Part shown: one piece after another, positions 41,101-56,100 of the stretch
Layout of the letters: every line of letters starts with the position of its first letter
How positions within the stretch are numbered: position 1 is the first letter of the stretch
DNA from: Leptogorgia sarmentosa
Lineage: Eukaryota
Assembly: GCA_964658305.1 (NCBI GenBank)
Contig: OZ210884.1
Coordinates: forward strand, 124,001 to 188,000
Direction of reading: 5' to 3'
Length of the DNA stretch: 64,000 nt
Translations under genes and position numbers: made by a program
The notes under the pieces: generated by a model
What the model was told of the DNA's origin: nothing
Databases searched by the model: none
What the model saw: the letters and a program-made list of their open reading frames with translations, nothing else

Positions 41101-44100
41101 AATCATTATTATCAATGTAAACACACTCTGCAACATCGCTAGAGTGTGATTTTTTGCATTTGAAGAGTTTTAAAATTTCAAACTTTAGTCAAAATCATGA
41201 TCATTTTCGACACATTTTCCAACTTCGTACGAACAAATCAAAATCATTGTTATCAATGTAAACACGCTCTGCAACATCGCTAGAGTGTGATTTTTGGCAT
41301 TTGAAGAGTTTAAAATTTCAAACTTTAGTCAAATTCATGATCATTTTTGACACATTTTCCAACTTGGTATGAACAAATCAAAATCATTATTATCAATGTA
41401 AACACACTCTGCAGCATCACTGGAGGGAGATTTTTAGCATCTGAAGAGTTTTAAAATTTCAAACATTAGTCAAATTCATGATCATTTTGACACATTTTCC
41501 AACTTGGTATGAACAAATCAAAATCATTATTATCAATGTAAACACACTCTGCAGCATCACTGGAGGGAGATTTTTAGCATCTGAAGAGTTTTAAAATTTC
41601 AAACATTAGTCAAAATCATGATCATTTTCGACACATTTTCCAACTTCGTACGAACAAATCAAAATCATTGTTATCAATGTAAACACGCTCTGCAACATCG
41701 CTAGAGTGTGATTTTTTGCATTTGAAGAGTTTTAAAATTTCAAACTTTAGTCAAATTCATGATCATTTTTGACAGATTTTCCAACTTGGTATGAACAAAT
41801 CAAAATCATTATTATCAATGTAAACACACTCTGCAACATCGCTAGAGTGTGATTTTTTGCATTTGAAGAGTTTTAAAATTTCAAACTTTAGTCAAATTCA
41901 TGATCATTTTCGACACATTTTCCAACTTCGTACGAACAAATCAAAATTATTGTTATCAATGTAAACACGCTCTGCAACATCATCGCTAGAGTGTGATTTT
42001 TGGCATTTGAAGCATTTGAAAATTTCAAACTTTAGTCAAATTCATGATCATTTTTGACAGATTTTCCAACTTGGTATGAACAAATCAAAATCATTATTAT
42101 CAATGTAAGCACACTCTGCAGCATCACTGGAGGGAGATTTTTAGCATCTGAAGAGTTTTAAAATTTCAAACATTAGTCAAAATCATGATCATTTTCGACA
42201 CATTTTCCAACTTCGTACGAACAAATCAAAATCATGGTTATCAATGTAAACACGCTCTGCAACATCGCTAGAGTGTGATTTTTGGCATTTGAAGAGTTTT
42301 AAAATTTCAAACTTTAGTCAAAATTATGATCATTTTCGACACATTTTCCAACTTCGTACGTACAAATGAAAATCATTGTTATCAATGTAAACACGCTCTG
42401 CAACATCGCTAGAGTGTGATTTTTTGCATTTGAAGAGTTTTAAAATTTCAAACATTAGTCAAAATCATGATCATTTTCGACACATTTTCCAACTTGGTAT
42501 GAACAAATCAAAATCATTATTATCAATGTAAACACACTCTGCAGCATCACTGGAGGGAGATATTTAGCATCTGAAGAGTTTTAAAATTTCAAACATTAGT
42601 CAAAATCATGATCATTTTTGACACATTTTCCAACTTGGTATGAACAAATCAAAATCATTATTATCAATGTAAACACACTCTGCAACATCGCTAGAGTGTG
42701 ATTTTTTGCATTTGAAGAGTTTTAAAATTTCAAACTTTAGTCAAAATCATGATCATTTTCGACACATTTTCCAACTTCGTACGAACAAATCAAAATCATT
42801 GTTATCAATGTAAACACGCTCTGCAACATCGCTAGAGTGTGATTTTTGGCATTTGAAGAGTTTTAAAATTTCAAACTTTAGTCAAATTCATGATCATTTT
42901 TGACACATTTTCCAACTTGGTATGAACAAATCAAAATCGTTATTATCAATGTAAACACACTCTGCAACATCGCTAGAGTGTGATTTTTTGCATTTGAAGA
43001 GTTTTAAAATTTCAAACATTTGTCAAAATGATGATCATTTTCGACACATTTTCCAACTTGGTATGAACAAATCAAAATCATTATTATCAATGTAAACACA
43101 CTCTGCAACATCACTGGAGGGAGATTTTTAGCATCTGAAGAGTTTTAAAATTTCAAACATTAGTCAAAATCATGATCATTTTTGACACATTTTCCAACTT
43201 GGTATGAACAAATCAAAATCATTATTATCAATGTAAACACACTCTGCAACATCGCTAGAGTGTGATTTTTTGAATTTTAAGAGTTTTAAAATTTCAAACA
43301 TTAGTCAAAATCATGATCATTTTTGACAGATTTTCCAACTTGGTATGAACAAATCAAAATCATTATTATCAATGTAAACACACTCTGCAGCATCACTGGA
43401 GGGAGATTTTTAGCATCTGAAGAGTTTTAAAATTTCAAACATTAGTCAAAATCATGATCATTTTCGACACATTTTCCAACTTCGTACGAACAAATCAAAA
43501 TCATTGTTATCAATGTAAACACGCTCTGCAACATCGCTGGAGTGTGATTTTTGGCATTTGAAGAGTTTTAAAATTTCAAACTTTAGTTAAATTCATGATC
43601 ATTTTTGACACATTTTCCAACTTGGTATGAACAAATCAAAATCATTATTATCAATGTAAACACACTCTGCAACATCGCTAGAGTGTGATTTTTTGCATTT
43701 GAAGAGTTTTAAAATTTCAAACTTTAGTCAAATTCATGATCATTTTTGACACATTTTCCAACTTCGTACGAACAAATCAAAATCATTATTATCAATGTAA
43801 ACACACTCTGCAGCATCACTGGAGGGAGATTTTTAGCATCTGAAGAGTTTTAAAATTTCAAACATTAGTCAAAATCATGATCATTTTTGACACATTTTCC
43901 AACTTGGTATGAACAAATCAAAATCATTATTATCAATGTAAACACACTCTGCAACATCGCTAGAGTGTGATTTTTTGCATTTGAAGAGTTTTAAAATTTC
44001 AAACATTAGTCAAAATCATGATCATTTTCGACACATTTTCCAACTTCGTACGAACAAATCAAAATCATTGTTATCAATGTAAACACGCTCTGCAGCATCA

Positions 44101-47100
44101 CTGGAGGGAGATTTTTAGCATCTGAAGACTTTTAAAATTTCAAACATTAGTCAAAATCATGATCATTTTCGACACATTTTCCAACTTCGTACGAACAAAT
44201 CAAAATCATTGTTATCAATGTAAACACGCTCTGCAACATCGCTAGAGTGTGATTTTTTGCATTTGAAGAGTTTTAAAATTTCAAACATTTGTCAAATTCA
44301 TGATCATTTTTGACACATTTTCCAACTTGGTATGAACAAATCAAAATCATTATTATCAATGTAAACACACTCTGCAACATCGCTAGAGTGTGATTTTTTG
44401 CATTTGAAGAGTTTTAAAATTTCAAACTTTAGTCAAATTCATGATCATTTTTGACAGATTTTCCAACTTGGTATGAACAAATCAAAATCATTATTATCAA
44501 TGTAAACACACTCCGCAGCATCACTGGAGGGAGATTTTTAGCATCTGAAGAGTTTTAAAATTTCAAACATTAGTCAAAATCATGATCATTTTCGACACAT
44601 TTTCCAACTTGGTATGAACAAATCAAAATCATTATTATCAATGTAAACACACTCTGCAACATCGCTAGAGTGTGATTTTTTGCATTTGAAGAGTTTTAAA
44701 ATTTCAAACTTTAGTCAAAATCATGATCATTTTCGACACATTTTCCAACTTCGTACGAACAAATCAAAATCATTGTTATCAATGTAAACACGCTCTGCAA
44801 CATCGCTAGAGTGGGAATTTTGGCATTTGAAGAGTTTTAAAATTTCAAACATTAGTCAAAATCATGATCATTTTCGACACATTTTCCAACTTGGTATGAA
44901 CAAATCAAAATCATTATTATCAATGTAAACACACTCTGCAGCATCACTGGAGGGAAATTTTTAGCATCTGAAGAGTTTTAAAATTTCAAACATTAGTCAA
45001 ATTCATGATCATTTTCGACACATTTTCCAACTTCGTACGAACAAATCAAAATCATTGTTATCAATGTAAACACGCTCTGCAACATCGCTAGAGTGTGATT
45101 TTTTGCATTTGAAGAGTTTTAAAATTTCAAACTTTAGTCAAATTCATGATCATTTTTGACAGATTTTCCAACTTGGTATGAACAAATCAAAATCATTATT
45201 ATCAATGTAAACACACTCTGCAGCATCACTGGAGGGAGATTTTTAGCATCTGAAGAGTTTTAAAATTTCAAACATTAGTCAAAATCATGATCATTTTCGA
45301 CACATTTTCCAACTTGGTATGAACAAATCAAAATCATTATTATCAATGTAAACACACTCTGCAACATCGCTAGAGTGTGATTTTTTGCATTTGAAGAGTT
45401 TTAAAATTTCAAACTTTAGTCAAAATCATGATCATTTTCGACACATTTTCCAACTTCGTACGAACAAATCAAAATCATTGTTATCAATGTAAACACGCTC
45501 TGCAACATCGCTAGAGTGTGATTTTTGGCATTTGAAGAGTTTAAAATTTCAAACTTTAGTCAAATTCATGATCATTTTTGACACATTTTCCAACTTGGTA
45601 TGAACAAATCAAAATCATTATTATCAATGTAAACACACTCTGCAGCATCACTGGAGGGAGATTTTTAGCATCTGAAGAGTTTTAAAATTTCAAACATTAG
45701 TCAAATTCATGATCATTTTGACACATTTTCCAACTTGGTATGAACAAATCAAAATCATTATTATCAATGTAAACACACTCTGCAGCATCACTGGAGGGAG
45801 ATTTTTAGCATCTGAAGAGTTTTAAAATTTCAAACATTAGTCAAAATCATGATCATTTTCGACACATTTTCCAACTTCGTACGAACAAATCAAAATCATT
45901 GTTATCAATGTAAACACGCTCTGCAACATCGCTAGAGTGTGATTTTTTGCATTTGAAGAGTTTTAAAATTTCAAACTTTAGTCAAATTCATGATCATTTT
46001 TGACAGATTTTCCAACTTGGTATGAACAAATCAAAATCATTATTATCAATGTAAACACACTCTGCAACATCGCTAGAGTGTGATTTTTTGCATTTGAAGA
46101 GTTTTAAAATTTCAAACTTTAGTCAAATTCATGATCATTTTCGACACATTTTCCAACTTCGTACGAACAAATCAAAATTATTGTTATCAATGTAAACACG
46201 CTCTGCAACATCATCGCTAGAGTGTGATTTTTGGCATTTGAAGAGTTTGAAAATTTCAAACTTTAGTCAAATTCATGATCATTTTTGACAGATTTTCCAA
46301 CTTGGTATGAACAAATCAAAATCATTATTATCAATGTAAGCACACTCTGCAGCATCACTGGAGGGAGATTTTTAGCATCTGAAGAGTTTTAAAATTTCAA
46401 ACATTAGTCAAAATCATGATCATTTTCGACACATTTTCCAACTTCGTACGAACAAATCAAAATCATGGTTATCAATGTAAACACGCTCTGCAACATCGCT
46501 AGAGTGTGATTTTTGGCATTTGAAGAGTTTTAAAATTTCAAACTTTAGTCAAATTCATGATCATTTTTGACACATTTTCCAACTTGGTATGAACAAATCA
46601 AAATCATTATTATCAATGTAAACACACTCTGCAGCATCACTGGAGGGAGATTTTTAGCATCTGAAGAGTTTTAAAATTTCAAACATTAGTCAAATTCATG
46701 ATCATTTTTGACACATTTTCCAACTTGGTATGAACAAATCAAAATCATTATTATCAATGTAAACACACTCTGCAACATCGCTAGAGTGTGATTTTTTGCA
46801 TTTGAAGAGTTTAAAATTTCAAACTTTAGTCAAAATCATGATCATTTTCGACACATTTTCCAACTTGGTATGAACAAGTCAAAATCATTATTATCAATGT
46901 AAACGCACTCTGCAGCATCACTGGAGGGAGATTTTTAGCATCTGAAGAGTTTTAAAATTTCAAACATTAGTCAAAATCATGATCATTTTCGACACATTTT
47001 CCAACTTGGTATGAACAAATCAAAATCATTATTATCAATGTAAACACACTCTGCAACATCGCTAGAGTGTGATTTTTTGCATTTGAAGAGTTTTAAAATT

Positions 47101-50100
47101 TCAAACTTTAGTCAAATTCATGATCATTTTTGACACATTTTCCAACTTGGTATGAACAAATCAAAATCATTATTATCAATGTAAACACACTCTGCAACAT
47201 CGCTAGAGTGTGATTTTTTGCATTTGAAGAGTTTTAAAATTTCAAACTTTAGTCAAAATCATGATCATTTTCGACACATTTTCCAACTTCGTACGAACAA
47301 ATCAAAATCATTGTTATCAATGTAAACACGCTCTGCAACATCGCTAGAGTGTGATTTTTGGCATTTGAAGAGTTTTAAAATTTCAAACTTTAGTTAAATT
47401 CATGATCATTTTTGACACATTTTCCAACTTGGTATGAACAAATCAAAATTATTATTATCAATGTAAACACACTCTGCAACATCGCTAAAGTGTGATTTTT
47501 TGCATTTGAAGAGTTTTAAAATTTCAAACTTTAGTCAAATTCATGATCATTTTTGACACATTTTCCAACTTGGTATGAACAAATCAAAATCATTATTACC
47601 AATGTAAACACACTCTGCAACATCGCTAGAGTGTGATTTTTTGCATTTGAAGAGTTTTAAAATTTCAAACTTTAGTCAAAATCATGATCATTTTCGACAC
47701 ATTTTCCAACTTCGTACGAACAAATCAAAATCATTGTTATCAATGTAAACACGCTCTGCAACATCGCTAGAGTGTGATTTTTGGCATTTGAAGAGTTTTA
47801 AAATTTCAAACTTTAGTCAAATTCATGATCATTTTTGACACATTTTCCAACTTGGTATGAACAAATCAAAATCGTTATTATCAATGTAAACACACTCTGC
47901 AACATCGCTAGAGTGTGATTTTTTCATTTGAAGAGTTTTAAAATTTCAAACATTAGTCAAAATCATGATCATTTTCGACACATTTTCCAACTTGGTATGA
48001 ACAAATCAAAATCATTATTATCAATGTAAACACACTCTGCAACATCGCTAGAGTGTGATTTTTTGCATTTGAAGAGTTTTAAAATTTCAAACATTAGTCA
48101 AAATCATGATCATTTTCGACACATTTTCCAACTTCGTACGAACAAATCAAAATCATTGTTATCAATGTAAACACGCTCTGCAGCATCACTGGAGGGAGAT
48201 TTTTAGCATCTGAAGACTTTTAAAATTTCAAACATTAGTCAAAATCATGATCATTTTCGACACATTTTCCAACTTCGTACGAACAAATCAAAATCATTGT
48301 TATCAATGTAAACACGCTCTGCAACATCGCTAGAGTGTGATTTTTTGCATTTGAAGAGTTTTAAAATTTCAAACATTAGTCAAATTCATGATCATTTTTG
48401 ACACATTTTCCAACTTGGTATGAACAAATCAAAATCATTATTATCAATGTAAACACACTCTGCAACATCGCTAGAGTGTGATTTTTTGCATTTGAAGAGT
48501 TTTAAAATTTCAAACTTTAGTCAAATTCATGATCATTTTTGACAGATTTTCCAACTTGGTATGAACAAATCAAAATCATTATTATCAATGTAAACACACT
48601 CTGCAGCATCACTGGAGGGAGATTTTTAGCATCTGAAGAGTTTTAAAATTTCAAACATTAGTCAAAATCATGATCATTTTCGACACATTTTCCAACTTGG
48701 TATGAACAAATCAAAATCATTATTATCAATGTAAACACACTCTGCAACATCGCTAGAGTGTGATTTTTTGCATTTGAAGAGTTTTAAAATTTCAAACTTT
48801 AGTCAAAATCATGATCATTTTCGACACATTTTCCAACTTCGTACGAACAAATCAAAATCATTGTTATCAATGTAAACACGCTCTGCAACATCGCTAGAGT
48901 GGGAATTTTGGCATTTGAAGAGTTTTAAAATTTCAAACATTAGTCAAAATCATGATCATTTTCGACACATTTTCCAACTTGGTATGAACAAATCAAAATC
49001 ATTATTATCAATGTAAACACACTCTGCAGCATCACTGGAGGGAAATTTTTAGCATCTGAAGAGTTTTAAAATTTCAAACATTAGTCAAATTCATGATCAT
49101 TTTCGACACATTTTCCAACTTCGTACGAACAAATCAAAATCATTGTTATCAATGTAAACACGCTCTGCAACATCGCTAGAGTGTGATTTTTTGCATTTGA
49201 AGAGTTTTAAAATTTCAAACTTTAGTCAAATTCATGATCATTTTTGACAGATTTTCCAACTTGGTATGAACAAATCAAAATCATTATTATCAATGTAAAC
49301 ACACTCTGCAGCATCACTGGAGGGAGATTTTTAGCATCTGAAGAGTTTTAAAATTTCAAACATTAGTCAAAATCATGATCATTTTCGACACATTTTCCAA
49401 CTTGGTATGAACAAATCAAAATCATTATTATCAATGTAAACACACTCTGCAACATCGCTAGAGTGTGATTTTTTGCATTTGAAGAGTTTTAAAATTTCAA
49501 ACTTTAGTCAAAATCATGATCATTTTCGACACATTTTCCAACTTCGTACGAACAAATCAAAATCATTGTTATCAATGTAAACACGCTCTGCAACATCGCT
49601 AGAGTGTGATTTTTGGCATTTGAAGAGTTTAAAATTTCAAACTTTAGTCAAATTCATGATCATTTTTGACACATTTTCCAACTTGGTATGAACAAATCAA
49701 AATCATTATTATCAATGTAAACACACTCTGCAGCATCACTGGAGGGAGATTTTTAGCATCTGAAGAGTTTTAAAATTTCAAACATTAGTCAAATTCATGA
49801 TCATTTTGACACATTTTCCAACTTGGTATGAACAAATCAAAATCATTATTATCAATGTAAACACACTCTGCAGCATCACTGGAGGGAGATTTTTAGCATC
49901 TGAAGAGTTTTAAAATTTCAAACATTAGTCAAAATCATGATCATTTTCGACACATTTTCCAACTTCGTACGAACAAATCAAAATCATTGTTATCAATGTA
50001 AACACGCTCTGCAACATCGCTAGAGTGTGATTTTTTGCATTTGAAGAGTTTTAAAATTTCAAACTTTAGTCAAATTCATGATCATTTTTGACAGATTTTC

Positions 50101-53100
50101 CAACTTGGTATGAACAAATCAAAATCATTATTATCAATGTAAACACACTCTGCAACATCGCTAGAGTGTGATTTTTTGCATTTGAAGAGTTTTAAAATTT
50201 CAAACTTTAGTCAAATTCATGATCATTTTCGACACATTTTCCAACTTCGTACGAACAAATCAAAATTATTGTTATCAATGTAAACACGCTCTGCAACATC
50301 ATCGCTAGAGTGTGATTTTTGGCATTTGAAGAGTTTGAAAATTTCAAACTTTAGTCAAATTCATGATCATTTTTGACAGATTTTCCAACTTGGTATGAAC
50401 AAATCAAAATCATTATTATCAATGTAAGCACACTCTGCAGCATCACTGGAGGGAGATTTTTAGCATCTGAAGAGTTTTAAAATTTCAAACATTAGTCAAA
50501 ATCATGATCATTTTCGACACATTTTCCAACTTCGTACGAACAAATCAAAATCATGGTTATCAATGTAAACACGCTCTGCAACATCGCTAGAGTGTGATTT
50601 TTGGCATTTGAAGAGTTTTAAAATTTCAAACTTTAGTCAAATTCATGATCATTTTTGACACATTTTCCAACTTGGTATGAACAAATCAAAATCATTATTA
50701 TCAATGTAAACACACTCTGCAGCATCACTGGAGGGAGATTTTTAGCATCTGAAGAGTTTTAAAATTTCAAACATTAGTCAAATTCATGATCATTTTTGAC
50801 ACATTTTCCAACTTGGTATGAACAAATCAAAATCATTATTATCAATGTAAACACACTCTGCAACATCGCTAGAGTGTGATTTTTTGCATTTGAAGAGTTT
50901 AAAATTTCAAACTTTAGTCAAAATCATGATCATTTTCGACACATTTTCCAACTTGGTATGAACAAGTCAAAATCATTATTATCAATGTAAACGCACTCTG
51001 CAGCATCACTGGAGGGAGATTTTTAGCATCTGAAGAGTTTTAAAATTTCAAACATTAGTCAAAATCATGATCATTTTCGACACATTTTCCAACTTGGTAT
51101 GAACAAATCAAAATCATTATTATCAATGTAAACACACTCTGCAACATCGCTAGAGTGTGATTTTTTGCATTTGAAGAGTTTTAAAATTTCAAACTTTAGT
51201 CAAATTCATGATCATTTTTGACACATTTTCCAACTTGGTATGAACAAATCAAAATCATTATTATCAATGTAAACACACTCTGCAACATCGCTAGAGTGTG
51301 ATTTTTTGCATTTGAAGAGTTTTAAAATTTCAAACTTTAGTCAAAATCATGATCATTTTCGACACATTTTCCAACTTCGTACGAACAAATCAAAATCATT
51401 GTTATCAATGTAAACACGCTCTGCAACATCGCTAGAGTGTGATTTTTGGCATTTGAAGAGTTTTAAAATTTCAAACTTTAGTTAAATTCATGATCATTTT
51501 TGACACATTTTCCAACTTGGTATGAACAAATCAAAATTATTATTATCAATGTAAACACACTCTGCAACATCGCTAAAGTGTGATTTTTTGCATTTGAAGA
51601 GTTTTAAAATTTCAAACTTTAGTCAAATTCATGATCATTTTTGACACATTTTCCAACTTGGTATGAACAAATCAAAATCATTATTACCAATGTAAACACA
51701 CTCTGCAACATCGCTAGAGTGTGATTTTTTGCATTTGAAGAGTTTTAAAATTTCAAACTTTAGTCAAAATCATGATCATTTTCGACACATTTTCCAACTT
51801 CGTACGAACAAATCAAAATCATTGTTATCAATGTAAACACGCTCTGCAACATCGCTAGAGTGTGATTTTTGGCATTTGAAGAGTTTTAAAATTTCAAACT
51901 TTAGTCAAATTCATGATCATTTTTGACACATTTTCCAACTTGGTATGAACAAATCAAAATCGTTATTATCAATGTAAACACACTCTGCAACATCGCTAGA
52001 GTGTGATTTTTTCATTTGAAGAGTTTTAAAATTTCAAACATTAGTCAAAATCATGATCATTTTCGACACATTTTCCAACTTGGTATGAACAAATCAAAAT
52101 CATTATTATCAATGTAAACACACTCTGCAACATCACTGGAGGGAGATTTTTAGCATCTGAAGAGTGTGATTTTTTGTGACATCGCTAGAGTGTGATTTTT
52201 TGCATTTGAAGAGTTTTAAAATTTCAAACTTTAGTCAAATTCATGATCATTTTTGACAGATTTTCCAACTTGGTATGAACAAATCAAAATCATTATTATC
52301 AATGTAAACACACTCTGCAGCATCACTGGAGGGAGATTTTTAGCATCTGAAGAGTTTTAAAATTTCAAACATTAGTCAAAATCATGATCATTTTCGACAC
52401 ATTTTCCAACTTCGTACGAACAAATCAAAATCATTGTTATCAATGTAAACACGCTCTGCAACATCGCTAGAGTGTGATTTTTTGCATTTGAAGAGTTTTA
52501 AAAATTTCAAACTTTAGTCAAATTCATGATCATTTTTGACAGATTTTCCAATTTGGTATGAACAAATCAAAATCATTATTATCAATGTAAACACACTCTG
52601 CAGCATCACTGGAGGGAGATTTTTAGCATCTGAAGAGTTTTAAAATTTCAAACATTAGTCAAAATCATGATCATTTTCGACACATTTTCCAACTTGGTAT
52701 GAACAAATCAAAATCATTATTATCAATGTAAACACACTCTGCAACATCGCTAGAGTGTGATTTTCTGCATTTGAAGAGTTTTAAAATTTCAAACTTTAGT
52801 CAAAATCATGATCATTTTCGACACATTTTCCAACTTGGTTTGAACAAATCAAAATCATTATTATCAATGTAAACACACTCTGCAACATCGCTAGAGTGTG
52901 ATTTTTTGCATTTGAAGAGTTTTAAAATTTCAAACTTTAGTCAAATTCATGATCATTTTCGACACATTTTCCAACTTGGTAGGAACAAATCAAAATCATT
53001 ATTATCAATGTAAACACACTCTGCAACATCGCTAGAGTGTGATTTTTTGCATTTGAAGAGTTTTAAAATTTCAAACTTTAGTCAAAATCATGATCATTTT

Positions 53101-56100
53101 CGACACATTTTCCAACTTCGTACGAACAAATCAAAATCATTGTTATCAATGTAAACACGCTCTGCAACATCGCTAGAGTGTGATTTTTTGCATTTGAAGA
53201 GTTTTAAAATTTCAAACTTTAGTCAAATTCATGATCATTTTTGACAGATTTTCCAACTTGGTATGAACAAATCAAAATCATTATTATCAATGTAAACACA
53301 CTCTGCAACATCGCTAGAGTGTGATTTTTTGCATTTGAAGAGTTTTAAAATTTCAAACTTTAGTCAAATTCATGATCATTTTCGACACATTTTCCAACTT
53401 GGTAGGAACAAATCAAAATCATTATTATCAATGTAAACACACTCTGCAACATCGCTAGAGTGTGATTTTTTGCATTTGAAGAGTTTTAAAATTTCAAACT
53501 TTAGTCAAATTCATGATCATTTTCGACACATTTTCCAACTTGGTAGGAACAAATCAAAATCATTATTATCAATGTAAACACACTCTGCAACATCGCTAGA
53601 GTGTGATTTTTTGCATTTGAAGAGTTTTAAAATTTCAAACTTTAGTCAAAATCATGATCATTTTCGACACATTTTCCAACTTCGTACGAACAAATCAAAA
53701 TCATTGTTATCAATGTAAACACGCTCTGCAACATCGCTAGAGTGTGATTTTTGGCATTTGAAGAGTTTTAAAATTTCAAACTTTAGTCAAATTCATGATC
53801 ATTTTTGACACATTTTCCAACTTGGTATGAACAAATCAAAATCATTATTATCAATGTAAACACACTCTGCAGCATCACTGGAGGGAGATTTTTAGCATCT
53901 GAAGAGTTTTAAAATTTCAAACATTGGTCAAATTCATGATGATTTTTGACACATTTTCCAACTTGGTATGAACAAATCAAAATCATTATTATCAATGTAA
54001 ACACACTCTGCAGCATCACTGGAGGGAGATTTTTTGCATCTGAAGAGTTTTAAAATTTCAAACATTAGTCAAATTCATGATCATTTTTGACACATTTTCC
54101 AACTTGGTATGAACAAATCAAAATCATTATTATCAATGTAAACACACTCTGCAACATCGCTAGAGTGTGATTTTTTGCATTTGAAGAGTTTTAAAATTTC
54201 AAACTTTAGTCAAATTCATGATCATTTTTGACAGATTTTCCAACTTGGTATGAACAAATCAAAATCATTATTATCAATGTAAACACACTCTGCAGCATCA
54301 CTGGAGGGAGATTTTTAGCATCTGAAGAGTTTTAAAATTTCAAACATTTGTCAAATTCATGATCATTTTCGACACATTTTCCAACTTGGTATGAACAAAT
54401 CAAAATCATTATTATCAATGTAAACACACTCTGCAACATCGCTAGGGTGTGATTTTCTGCATTTGAAGAGTTTCAAAATTTCAAACTTTAGTCAAAATCA
54501 TGATCATTTTCGACACATTTTCCAACTTGGTATGAACAAATCAAAATCATTATTATCAATGTAAACACACTCTGCAACATCGCTAGAGTGTGATTTTTTG
54601 CATTTGAAGAGTTTTAAAATTTCAAACTTTAGTCAAATTCATGATCATTTTCGACACATTTTCCAACTTGGTAGGAACAAATCAAAATCATTATTATCAA
54701 TGAAAACACACTCTGCAACATCGCTAGAGTGTGATTTTTTGCATTTGAAGAGTTTTAAAATTTCAAACTTTAGTCAAAATCATGATCATTTTCGACACAT
54801 TTTCCAACTTCGTACGAACAAATCAAAATCATTGTTATCAATGTAAACACGCTCTGCAACATCGCTAGAGTGTGATTTTTGGCATTTGAAGAGTTTTAAA
54901 ATTTCAAACTTTAGTCAAATTCATGATCATTTTTGACACATTTTCCAACTTGGTATGAACAAATCAAAATCATTATTATCAATGTAAACACACTCTGCAG
55001 CATCACTGGAGGGAGATTTTTAGCATCTGAAGAGTTTTAAAATTTCAAACATTTGTCAAATTCATGATCATTTTTGACACATTTTCCAACTTGGTATGAA
55101 CAAATCAAAATCATTATTATCAATGTAAACACACTCTGCAACATCGCTAGAGTGTGATTTTTTGCATTTGAAGAGTTTTAAAATTTCAAACTTTAGTCAA
55201 ATTCATGATCATTTTTGACAGATTTTCCAACTTGGTATGAACAAATCAAAATCATTATTATCAATGTAAACACACTCTGCAGCATCACTGGAAGGAGATT
55301 TTTAGCATCTGAAGAGTTTTAAAATTTCAAACATTAGTCAAAATCATGATCATTTTCGACACATTTTCCAACTTCGTACGAACAAATCAAAATCATTGTT
55401 ATCAATGTAAACACGCTCTGCAACATCGCTAGAGTGTGATTTTTGGCATTTGAAGAGTTTTAAAATTTCAAACTTTTGTTAAATTCATGATCATTTTTGA
55501 CACATTTTCCAACTTGGTATGAACAAATCAAAATAATTATTATCAATGTAAACACACTCTGCAACATCGCTAGAGTGTGATTTTTTGCATTTGAAGAGTT
55601 TTAAAATTTCAAACTTTAGTCAAATTCATGATCATTTTTGACACATTTTCCAACTTGGTATGAACAAATCAAAATCATTATTATCAATGCAAACACACTC
55701 TGCAACGTCGCTAGAGTGTGATTTTTTGCATTTGAAGAGTTTTAAAATTTCAAACTTTAGTCAAAATCATGATCATTTTAGACACATTTTCCAACTTCGT
55801 ACGAACAAATCAAAATCATTGTTATCAATGTAAACACGCTCTGCAACATCGCTAGAGTGTGATTTTTGGCATTTGAAGAGTTTTAAAATTTCAAACTTTA
55901 GTCAAATTCATGATCATTTTTGACACATTTTCCAACTTGGTATGAACAAATCAAAATCATTATTATCAATGTAAACACACTCTGCAGCATCACTGGAGGG
56001 AGATTTTTTGCATCTGAAGAGTTTTAAAATTTCAAACATTAGTCAAATTCATGATCATTTTTGACACATTTTCCAACTTGGTATGAACAAATCAAAATCA

